Part shown: positions 28,591 to 41,111 of the stretch, piece by piece | Numbering within the stretch: position 1 is the first letter of the stretch | How the letters are laid out: each line of letters opens with the position of its first letter | Program-made: the position numbers and the translations under genes | The notes under the pieces: model-generated | Told to the model about the DNA's origin: nothing | The model's input: the letters and a program-made list of their open reading frames with translations, nothing else | Databases searched by the model: none | Source: Eledone cirrhosa | Taxonomy: Eukaryota | Direction: 5' to 3' | DNA: 64,000 nucleotides | NCBI GenBank assembly: GCA_964016885.1 | Contig: OZ024744.1 | Location: 120,032,001-120,096,000 of the forward strand

Positions 28591-31500
28591 GATCTCTCAA
28601 TTCAGAGATTATTTCCTGAGATATTCTAACCACATATCATAGTATCAGAGCTGTCATCTCTCAATTTAGAGATTCTTTCCTGAGACATTCTAACTCCATG
28701 TCCACAGTATCAGAGCTGTGATCTCTCAATTCAGAGATTCTTTCCTGAGACATTCTAACCACATGGCATAGTATCAGAGCTGTGATATCTCAATTCAGAG
28801 ATTCTTTCCTGAGACATTCTAACCACATGTCATAGTATCAGAGCTGTGATCTCTTAATTTAGAGATTCTTTCATGAGATATTCTAACCACATGTCATAGT
28901 ATCAGGGCTGTGATCTCTCAATTCAGAGATTCTTTCCTGAGACATTCTAACCACATGTCATAGTATCAGAGCTGTGATCTCTTAATTTAGAGATGCTTTC
29001 ATGAGATATTCTAACCACATGTCATAGTATCAGATCTGTGATCTCTCAATTCAGAGATTCTTTCCTGAGACATTCTAACCACATGTCATAGTATCGGAGC
29101 TGTCATCTCTCAATTCAGAGATTCTTTCCTGAGACATTCTAACCACATGTCATAGTATCAGAGCTGTGATCTCTCAATTTAGAGATTCCTTCCTGAGATA
29201 TTCTAATCACATGTCATAGTATCATAGCTGTCATCTCTCAATTCAGAGATTCTTTCCTGAGACATTCTAACCAAATGTCATAGTATCAGAACTATGATCT
29301 CTCAATTTAGAGATTCTTTCAAGAGATATTCTAACCACATGTCATAGTATCAGAGCTGTGATCTCTCAATTCAGAGATTCTTTCCTGAGACATTCTAACC
29401 ACATGTAATAGTATTAGATCTGTGATCTCACAATTTAGAGATTCTTTCCTATGACATTCTAACTCCATGTCCACAGTATCAGAGCTGTGGTCTCTCAATT
29501 TAGAGATTCTTTCCTGAGATATTCTAACTTCATGTCATAGTATTAGAGATGTGATCTCTCAATTCAGAGATTCTTTCCTGAGACATTCTAACCACATATC
29601 TGTAGTATCAGAGCTGTATGCTCTCAATTCAGAGATTCTTTCCTGAGACATTCTAACCACATGTCATAGTATCAGAGCTGTTATCTCTCAATTCAGAGAT
29701 TCTTTCATGAGATATTCTAACCACATGTCATAGTATCAGAGCTGTGATCTCTCAATTCAGAGATCCTTTCCAGGGATATTCTAACCTCATGTCATAGTAT
29801 CAGAGCTGTGATCTCTCAATTCAGAGATTCTTTCCTGAGACATTCAAACCACATGTCATAGTATTAGAGCTGTGATCTCTCAATTCAGAGATTCTTTCCT
29901 GAGACATTCTTACCACATGTCGTAGTATCAGAGCTGTGATCTCTCAATTTAGAGATTCTTTCCTGAGACATTCTAACCACATGTCATAGTATCAGAGCTG
30001 TGATCTCTCAATTCAGAGATTCTTTCCTGAGACATTCTAACCACATGTCATAGTATCAGAGCTGTGATATCTCAATTGAGAGATTCTTTCCTGAGATATT
30101 TTAACCACATATCATAGTATCAGAGCTGTCATCTCTCAATTCAGAGATTCTTTCCTGAGACATTCTAACCACATGTCATAGTATCAGAGCTGTGATCTCT
30201 CAACTCAGAGATTCTTTCATGAGATATTCTAACCACATGTCATAATATCAGAGCTATGATCTCTCAATTCAGAGATTCTTTCCTGAGACATTCTAACCTC
30301 ATGTCTGTAGTATCAGAGCTGTGATCTCTCAATTCAGAGATTCTTTCCTGAAACATTCTAACCACATGTCATAGTATCAGAGCTGTGATCTCTCAATTCA
30401 GAGATTCTTTCCTGAGACATTTAACCACGTCATAGTATCAGAGCTGTGATATCTCAATTCAGAGATTCTTTCCTGAGACATTCTAATCACATGTCATAGT
30501 ATCAGAGCTGTGATCTCTCAATTTAGATATTCTTTCCTGAGATATTCTAACCACATGTCATAGTATTAGAGCTGTGATCTCTCAATTCAGAGGTTCTTTC
30601 CTGAGACATTCTAACCACATGTCTGTAGTATCAGAGCTGTGATCTCTCAATTAAGAGATTCTTTCCTGGGACATTCTAACCACATGTCATAGTATCAGGG
30701 CTGTGATCTCTCAATTCAGAGATTCTTTCCTGAGACATTCTAACCACATGTCATAGTATCAGAGCTGTGATCTCTTAATTTAGAGATTCTTTCATGAGAT
30801 ATTCTAACCACATGTCATAGTATCAGAGCTGTGATCTCTCAATTCAGAGATTCTTTCCTGAGACATTCTAACCACATGTCATAGTATCAGAGCTGTGATC
30901 TCTCAATTCAGAGATTCTTTCCTGAGACATTCTAACCACACGTCATAGTATCAGAGCTTTGATATCTCAATTCAGAGATTCTTTCCTGAGATATTCTAAC
31001 CACATGTCATAGTATCAGAGATGTCTTCTCTCAAATCAGAGATTCTTTCCTGAGACATTCTAACCACATGTCATAATATCAGAGCCGTGATCTCTTAATT
31101 TAGAGATTCTTTCATGAGATATTCTAACCACATGTCATAGTATCAGATCTGTGATCTCTCAATTCAGAGATTCTTTCCTGAGACATTCTAACCACATGTC
31201 ATAGTATTAGAGCTGTGATCTCTCAATTCAGAGATTCTTTCCTGAGACTTTCTAACCACACGTCACAGTATCAGAGCTGTGATCTCTCAATTCAGAGATT
31301 CTTTCCTCAGACATTCTAACCACATCTCATAGTATCCGAGCTGTGATCTCTCAATTCAGAGATTCTTTCCTAAGACATTCTAACCACATGTCATAGTATC
31401 AGATCTGTGATATCTTAATTCAGAGATCATTTCCTGAGATATTCTAACCACATATCATAGTATCAGAGCTGTCATCTCTCAATTCAGAGATTCTTTCCTG

Positions 31501-31700
31501 AGACATTCTAACCACATGTAATAGTATTAGATCTGTGATCTCTCAATTTAGAGATTCTTTCCTGAGACATTCTAACTCCATGTCCACAGTATCAGAGCTG
31601 TGATCTCTCAATTTAGAGATTCTTTCCTGAGATATTCTAACCACATGTCATAGTATTAGAGATGTGATCTCTCAATTCAGAGATTCTTTCCTGAGACATT

Positions 31701-31728
31701 GTAGTATCAGATTCTTTCCTGAGACATT
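31701..31728 (+). other. 28-bp doubly deleted mini-monomer (phase break in the array)
   Basis: GTAGTATCAGATTCTTTCCTGAGACATT is inserted between GAGACATT and CTAACCACATGTCTGTAG. Confidence 0.9.
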
Positions 31729-34700
31729 CTAACCACATGTCTGTAGTATCAGAGCTGTATGCTCTCAATTCAGAGATTCGTTCCTGAGACATTCTAACCA
31801 CATGTCATAGTATCAGAGCTGTGATCTCTCAATTCAGAGATTCTTTCCTGAGACATTCTAACCACATGTCATAGTATCAGAGCTGTGATATCTCAATTCA
31901 CAGATTCTTTCCTGAGACATTCTTACCACATGTCGTAGTATCAGAGCTGTGATCTCTCAATTTAGAGATTCTTTCCTGAGACATTCTAACCACATGTCAT
32001 AGTATCAGAGCTGTGATCTCTTAATTTAGAGATTCTTTCATGAGATTTTCTAACCACATGTCATAGTATCAGGGCTGTGATCTCTCAATTCAGAGATTCT
32101 TTCCTGAGACATTCTAACCACATGTCATAGTATCAGAGCTGTGATCCCTTAATTTAGAGATGCTTTCATGAGATATTCTAACCATATATCATAGTATCAG
32201 ATCTGTGATCTCTCAATTCAGAGATTCTTTCCTGAGACATTCTAACCACATGTCATAGTATCGGAGCTGTCATCTCTCAATTCAGAGATTCTTTCCTGAG
32301 ATATTCTAATCACATGTCATAGTATCATAGCTGTCATCTCTCAATTCAGAGATTCTTTCCTGAGACATTCTAACCACATGTCATAGTATCAGAGCTATGA
32401 TCTCTCAATTTAGAGATTCTTTCAAGGGATATTCTAACCACATGTCATAGTATCAGAGCTCTGATCTCTCAATTCAGAGATTCTTTCCTGAGACATTCTA
32501 ACCACATGTAATAGTATTAGATCTGTGATCTCTCAATTTAGAGATTCTTTCCTAAGACATTCTAACTCCAGGTCCACAGTATCAGAGCTGTGGTCTCTCA
32601 ATTTAGAGATTCTTTCCTGAGATATTCTAACTACATGTCATAGTATTAGAGATGTGATCTCTCAATTCAGAGATTCTTTCCTGAGACATTCTAACCACAT
32701 GTCTGTAGTATCAGAGCTGTATGCTCTCAATTCAGAGATTCTTTCCTGAGACATTCTAACCACATGTCATAGTATCAGAGCTGTTATCTCTCAATTCAGA
32801 GATTCTTTCATGAGATATTCTAACCACATGTCATAGTATCAGAGCTGTGATCTCTCAATTCAGAGATCCTTTCCGGGGATATTCTAACCTCATGTCATAG
32901 TATCAGAGCTGTGATCTCTCAATTCAGAGTTTCCTTCCTGAGACATTCAAACCACATGTCATAGTATTAGAGCTGTGATCTCTCAATTCAGAGATTCTTT
33001 CCTGAGACATTCTTACCACATGTCGTAGTATCAGAGCTGTGATCTCTCAATTTAGAGATTCTTTCCTGAGACATTCTAACCACATGTCATAGTATCAGAG
33101 CTGTGATCTCTCAATTCAGAGATTCTTTCCTGAGACATTCTAACCACATGTCATAGTATCAGAGCTGTGATATCTCAATTGAGAGATTCTTTCCTGAGAT
33201 ATTTTAACCACATATCATAGTATCAGAGCTGTCATCTCGCAATTCAGAGATTCTTTCCTGAGACATTCTAACCACATGTCATAGTATCAGAGCTGTGATC
33301 TCTCAATTTAGAGATTCTTTCATGAGATATTCTAACCACATGTCATAAAATCAGAGCTATGATCTCTCAATTCAGAGATTCTTTCCTGAGACATTCTAAC
33401 CTCATGTCTGTAGTATCAGAGCTGTGATCTCTCAATTCAGAGATTCTTTCCTGATACATTCTAACCACATGTCATAGTATCAGAGCTGTGATCTCTCAAT
33501 TCAGAGATTCTTTACTGAGACATTCTAACCACGTTATAGTATCAGAGCTGTGATATCTCAACTCAGAGATTCTTTCCTGAGACATTCTAATCACATGTCA
33601 TAGTATCAGAGCTGTGATCTCTCAATTTAGATATTCTTTCCTGAGATATTCTAACCACATGTCATAGTATTAGAGCTGTGATCTCTCAATTCAGAGGTTC
33701 TTTCCTGAGACATTCTAACCACATGTCTGTAGTATCAGAGCTGTGATCTCTCAATTAAGAGATTCTTTCCTGGGACATTCTAAACACATGTCATAGTATC
33801 AGGGCTGTGATCTCTCAATTCAGAGATTCTTTCCTGAGACATTCTAACCACATGTCATAGTATCAGAGCTGTGATCTCTTAATTTAGAGATTCTTTCATG
33901 AGATATTCTAACCACATGTCATAGTATCAGAGCTGTGATCTCTCAATTCAGAGATTCTTTCGTGAGGCATTCTAACCACATGTCATAGTATCAGAGCTGT
34001 GATCTCTCAATTCAGAGATTCTTTCCTGAGACATTCTAACCACATGTCATAGTATCAGAGCTTTGATATCTCAATTCAGAGATTCTTTCCTGAGATATTC
34101 TAACCACATGTCATAGTATCAGAGATGTCTTCTCTCAATTCAGAGATTCTTTCCTGAGGCATTCTAACCACATGTCATAATATCAGAGCCGTGATCTCTT
34201 AATTTAGAGATTCTTTCATGAGATATTCTCACCAAATGTCATAGTATCAGATCTGTGATCTCTCAATTCAGAGATTCTTTCCTGAGACATTCTAACCACA
34301 TGTCATAGTATTAGAGCTGTGATCTCTCAATTCAGAGATTCTTTCCTGAGACATTCTAACCACATGTCACAGTATCAGAGCTGTGATCTCTCAATTCAGA
34401 GATTCTTTCCTCAGACATTCTAACCACATCTCATAGTATCGGAGCTGTGATCTCTCAATTCAGAGATTCTTTCCTGAGACATTCTAACCACATGTCATAG
34501 TATCAGATCTGTGATCTCTCAATTCAGAGATTATTTCCTGAGATATTCTAACCACATATCATAGTATCAGATCTGTCATCTCTCAATTCAGAGATTCTTT
34601 CCTGAGATATTCTAACCACATGTAATAGTATTAGATCTGTGATCTCAGAATTTAGAGATTCTTTCCTGAGACATACTAACTCCATGTCCACAGTATCAGA

Positions 34701-37700
34701 GCTGTGATCTCTCAATTTAGAGATTCTTTCCTGAGATATTCTAACCACATGTCATAGTATTATTGATGTGATCTCTCAATGCAGAGATTCTTTCCTGAGA
34801 CATTCTAACCACATGTCTGTTGTATCAGAGCTGTATGCTCTCAATTCAGAGATTCTTTCCTGAGACATTCTAACCACATGTCATAGTATCAGAGCTGTGA
34901 TCTCTCAATTCAGAGATTCTTTCCTGAGACATTCTAACCACATGGCATAGTATCAGAGCTGTGATATCTCAATTCAGAGATTCTTTCCTGAGACATTCTT
35001 ACCACATGTCGTAGTATCAGAGCTGTGATCTCTCAATTTAGAGATTCTTTCCTGAGACATTCTAACCACATGTCATAGTATCAGAGCTGTGATCTCTTAA
35101 TTTAGAGATTCTTTCATGAGATATTCTAACCACATGTCATAGTATTAGGGCTGTGATCTCTCAATTCAGAGATTCTTTCCTGAGACATTCTAACCACATG
35201 TCATAGTATCAGAGCTGTGATCTCTTAATTTAGAGATGCTTTCATGAGATATTCTAACCACATGTCATAGTATCAGATCTGTGATCTCTCAATTCAGAGA
35301 TTCTTTCCTGAGACATTCTAACCACATGTCATAGTATCAGAGCTTTGATATCTCAATTCAGAGATTCTTTCCTGAGATATTCTAACCACATGTCATAGTA
35401 TCAGCGATGTCTTCTCTCAATTCAGAGATTCTTTCCTGAGACATTCTAACCACATGTCATAATATCAGAGCCGTGATCTCTTAATTTAGAGATTCTTTCA
35501 TGAGATATTCTAACCACATATCATAGTATCAGATCTGTGATCTCTCAATTCAGAGATTCTTTCCTGAGACATTCTAACCACATGTCATAGTATTAGAGCT
35601 GTGATCTCTCAATTCAGAGATCCTTTCCTGAGACATTCTAACCACATGTCACAGTATCAGAGCTGTGATCTCTCAATTCAGAGATTCTTTCCTCAGACAT
35701 TCTAACCACATCTCATAGTATCGGAGCTGTGATCTCTCAATTCAGAGATTCTTTCCTGAGACATTCTAACCACATGTCATAGTATCAGATCTGTGATCTC
35801 TCAATTCAGAGATTATTTCCTGAGATATTCTAACCACATATCATAGTATCAGAGCTGTCATCTCTCAATTTAGAGATTCTTTCCTGAGACATTCTAACTC
35901 CATGTCCACAGTATCAGAGCTGTGATCTCTCAATTCAGAGATTCTTTCCTGAGACATTCTAACCACATGGCATAGTATCAGAGCTGTGATATCTCAATTC
36001 AGAGATTCTTTCCTGAGACATTCTTACCACATGTCGTAGTATCAGAGCTGTGACCTCTCAATTTAGAGATTCTTTCCTGAGACATTCTAACCACATGTCA
36101 TAGTATCAGAGCTGTGATCTCTTAATTTAGAGATTCTTTCATGAGATATTCTAACCACATGTCATAGTATCAGGGCTGTGATCTCTCAATTCAGAGATTC
36201 TTTCCTGAGACATTCTAACCACATGTCATAGTATCAGAGCTGTGATCTCTCAATTCAGAGATCCTTTCCTGAGACATTCTAACCACATGTCATAGTATCA
36301 GATCTGTGATCTCTCAATTCAGAGATTCTTTCCTGAGACATTCTAACCACATGTCATAGTATCGGAGCTGTCATCTCTCAATTCAGAGATTCTTTCCTGA
36401 GACATTCTAACCACATGTCATAGTATCAGAGCTGTGATCTCTCAATTTAGAGATTCTTTCCTGAGATATTCTAATCACATGTCATAGTATCATAGCTGTC
36501 ATCTCTCAATTCAGAGATTCTTTCCTGAGACATTCTAACCAAATGTCATAGTATCAGAACTATGATCTCTCAATTTAGAGATTCTTTCAAGAGATATTCT
36601 AACCACATGTCATAGTATCAGAGCTGTGATCTCTCAATTCAGAGATTCTTTCCTGAGACATTCTAACCACATGTAATAGTATTAGACCTGTGATCTCACA
36701 ATTTAGAGATTCTTTCCTATGACATTCTAACTCCATGTCCACAGTATCAGAGCTGTGGTCTCTCAATTTAGAGATTCTTTCCTGAGATATTCTAACTTCA
36801 TGTCATAGTATTAGAGATGTGATCTCTCAATTCAGAGATTCTTTCCTGAGACATTCTAACCACATGTCTGTAGTATCAGAGCTGTATGCTCTCAATTCAG
36901 AGATTCTTTCCTGAGACATTCTAACCACATGTCATAGTATCAGAGCTGTTATCTCTCAATTCAGAGATTCTTTCATGAGATATTCTAACCACATGTCATA
37001 GTATCAGAGCTGTGATCTCTCAATTCAGAGATCCTTTCCAGGGATATTCTAACCTCATGTCATAGTATCAGAGCTGTGATCTCTCAATTCAGAGATTCTT
37101 TCCTGAGACATTCAAACCACATGTCATAGTATTAGAGCTGTGATCTCTCAATTCAGAGATTCTTTCCTGAGACATTCTTACCACATGTCGTAGTATCAGA
37201 GCTGTGATCTCTCAATTTAGAGATTCTTTCCTGAGACATTCTAACCACATGTCATAGTATCAGAGTTGTGATCTCTCAATTCAGAGATTCTTTCCTGAGA
37301 CATTCTAACCACATGTCATAGTATCAGAGCTGTGATATCTCAATTGAGAGATTCTTTCCTGAGATATTTTAACCACATATCATAGTATCAGAGCTGTCAT
37401 CTCTCAATTCAGAGATTCTTTCCTGAGACATTCTAACCACATGTCATAGTATCAGAGCTGTGATCTCTCAACTCAGAGATTCTTTCATGAGATATTCTAA
37501 CCACATGTCATAATATCAGAGCTATGATCTCTCAATTCAGAGATTCTTTCCTGAGACATTCTAACCTCATGTCTGTAGTATCAGAGCTGTGATCTCTCAA
37601 TTCAGAGATTCTTTCCTGAAACATTCTAACCACATGTCATAGTATCAGAGCTGTGATCTCTCAATTCAGAGATTCTTTCCTGAGACATTTAACCACGTCA

Positions 37701-37799
37701 TAGTATCAGAGCTGTGATATCTCAATTCAGAGATTCTTTCCTGAGACATTCTAATCACATGTCATAGTATCAGAGCTGTGATCTCTCAATTTAGATATT

Positions 37800-40700
37800 C
37801 TTTCCTGAGATATTCTAACCACATGTCATAGTATTAGAGCTGTGATCTCTCAATTCAGAGGTTCTTTCCTGAGACATTCTAACCACATGTCTGTAGTATC
37901 AGAGCTGTGATCTCTCAATTAAGAGATTCTTTCCTGGGACATTCTAACCACATGTCATAGTATCAGGGCTGTGATCTCTCAATTCAGAGATTCTTTCCTG
38001 AGACATTCTAACCACATGTCATAGTATCAGAGCTGTGATCTCTTAATTTAGAGATTCTTTCATGAGATATTCTAACCACATGTCATAGTATCAGAGCTGT
38101 GATCTCTCAATTCAGAGATTCTTTCCTGAGACATTCTAACCACATGTCATAGTATCAGAGCTGTGATCTCTCAATTCAGAGATTCTTTCCTGAGACATTC
38201 TAACCACACGTCATAGTATCAGAGCTTTGATATCTCAATTCAGAGATTCTTTCCTGAGATATTCTAACCACATGTCATAGTATCAGAGATGTCTTCTCTC
38301 AATTCAGAGATTCTTTCCTGAGACATTCTAACCACATGTCATAATATCAGAGCCGTGATCTCTTAATTTAGAGATTCTTTCATGAGATATTCTAACCACA
38401 TGTCATAGTATCAGATCTGTGATCTCTCAATTCAGAGATTCTTTCCTGAGACATTCTAACCACATGTCATAGTATTAGAGCTGTGATCTCTCAATTCAGA
38501 GATTCTTTCCTGAGACTTTCTAACCACACGTCACAGTATCAGAGCTGTGATCTCTCAATTCAGAGATTCTTTCCTCAGACATTCTAACCACATCTCATAG
38601 TATCCGAGCTGTGATCTCTCAATTCAGAGATTCTTTCCTAAGACATTCTAACCACATGTCATATTATCAGATCTGTGATATCTTAATTCAGAGATCATTT
38701 CCTGAGATATTCTAACCACATATCATAGTATCAGAGCTGTCATCTCTCAATTCAGAGATTCTTTCCTGAGACATTCTAACCACATGTAATAGTATTAGAT
38801 CTGTGATCTCTCAATTTAGAGATTCTTTCCTGAGATATTCTAACCACATGTCATAGTATTAGAGCTGTGATCTCTCAATTCAGAGGTTCTTTCCTGAGAC
38901 ATTCTAACCACATGTCTGTAGTATCAGAGCTGTGATCTCTCAATTAAGAGATTCTTTCCTGGGACATTCTAACCACATGTCATAGTATCAGGGCTGTGAT
39001 CTCTCAATTCAGAGATTCTTTCCTGAGACATTCTAACCACATGTCATAGTATCAGAGCTGTGATCTCTTTATTTAGAGATTCTTTCATGAGATATTCTAA
39101 CCACATGTCATAGTATCAGAGCTGTGATCTCTCAATTCAGAGATTCTTTCCTGAGACATTCTAACCACATGTCATAGTATCAGAGCTGTGATCTCTCAAT
39201 TCAGAGATTCTTTCCTGAGACATTCTAACCACACGTCATAGTATCAGAGCTTTGATATCTCAATTCAGAGATTCTTTCCTGAGATATTCTAACCACATGT
39301 CATAGTATCAGAGATGTCTTCTCTCAATTCAGAGATTCTTTCCTGAGACATTCTAACCACATGTCATAATATCAGAGCCGTGATCTCTTAATTTAGAGAT
39401 TCTTTCATGAGATATTCTAACCACATGTCATAGTATCAGATCTGTGATCTCTCAATTCAGAGATTCTTTCCTGAGACATTCTAACCACATGTCATAGTAT
39501 TAGAGCTGTGATCTCTCAATTCAGAGATTCTTTCCTGAGACTTTCTAACCACACGTCACAGTATCAGAGCTGTGATCTCTCAATTCAGAGATTCTTTCCT
39601 CAGACATTCTAACCACATCTCATAGTATCCGAGCTGTGATCTCTCAATTCAGAGATTCTTTCCTGAGACATTCTAACCTCATGTCTGTAGTATCAGAGCT
39701 GTGATCTCTCAATTCAGAGATTCTTTCCTGAAACATTCTAACCACATGTCATAGTATCAGATCTGTGATATCTTAATTCAGAGATCATTTCCTGAGATAT
39801 TCTAACCACATATCATAGTATCAGAGCTGTCATCTCTCAATTCAGAGATTCTTTCCTGAGACATTCTAACCACATGTAATAGTATTAGATCTGTGATCTC
39901 TCAATTTAGAGATTCTTTCCTGAGATATTCTAACCACATGTCATAGTATTAGAGCTGTGATCTCTCAATTCAGAGGTTCTTTCCTGAGACATTCTAACCA
40001 CATGTCTGTAGTATCAGAGCTGTGATCTCTCAATTAAGAGATTCTTTCCTGGGACATTCTAACCACATGTCATAGTATCAGGGCTGTGATCTCTCAATTC
40101 AGAGATTCTTTCCTGAGACATTCTAACCACATGTCATAGTATCAGAGCTGTGATCTCTTAATTTAGAGATTCTTTCATGAGATATTCTAACCACATGTCA
40201 TAGTATCAGAGCTGTGATCTCTCAATTCAGAGATTCTTTCCTGAGACATTCTAACCACATGTCATAGTATCAGAGCTGTGATCTCTCAATTCAGAGATTC
40301 TTTCCTGAGACATTCTAACCACACGTCATAGTATCAGAGCTTTGATATCTCAATTCAGAGATTCTTTCCTGAGATATTCTAACCACATGTCATAGTATCA
40401 GAGATGTCTTCTCTCAATTCAGAGATTCTTTCCTGAGACATTCTAACCACATGTCATAATATCAGAGCCGTGATCTCTTAATTTAGAGATTCTTTCATGA
40501 GATATTCTAACCACATGTCATAGTATCAGATCTGTGATCTCTCAATTCAGAGATTCTTTCCTGAGACATTCTAACCACATGTCATAGTATTAGAGCTGTG
40601 ATCTCTCAATTCAGAGATTCTTTCCTGAGACTTTCTAACCACACGTCACAGTATCAGAGCTGTGATCTCTCAATTCAGAGATTCTTTCCTCAGACATTCT

Positions 40701-40940
40701 AACCACATCTCATAGTATCCGAGCTGTGATCTCTCAATTCAGAGATTCTTTCCTAAGACATTCTAACCACATGTCATAGTATCAGATCTGTGATATCTTA
40801 ATTCAGAGATCATTTCCTGAGATATTCTAACCACATATCATAGTATCAGAGCTGTCATCTCTCAATTCAGAGATTCTTTCCTGAGACATTCTAACCACAT
40901 GTAATAGTATTAGATCTGTGATCTCTCAATTTAGAGATTC
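37800..40940 (+). repeat. Local triplication of a 16-17 monomer block (offsets 1025 and 1090 bp)
   Basis: TATCCGAG at 38601, 39626 and 40716. GACTTTCTAACCACACGTCACAG and GATCATTTCC each occur three times. 7268+1025+1090 = 9383. Confidence 0.93.
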
Positions 40941-41083
40941 TTTCCTGAGACATTCTAACTCCATGTCCACAGTATCAGAGCTGTGATCTCTCAATTTAGA
41001 GATTCTTTCCTGAGATATTCTAACCACATGTCATAGTATTAGAGATGTGATCTCTCAATTCAGAGATTCTTTCCTGAGACATT

Positions 41084-41111
41084 GTAGTATCAGATTCTTT
41101 CCTGAGACATT
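41084..41111 (+). other. Second copy of the 28-bp mini-monomer
   Basis: Identical insertion 9383 bp downstream of the first, inherited through the large duplication. Confidence 0.9.

Noticed and set aside
34548-34748. 66-aa minus-strand ORF, with near-identical copies at 43931, 46239 and 50406
   Set aside because: It spans about 3 satellite monomers; the peptide repeats (VRISQERIS) mirror the DNA repeat, and the frame is open only where variants such as TCTCAGAATTTAG remove stop codons. The copies simply track the array duplications.
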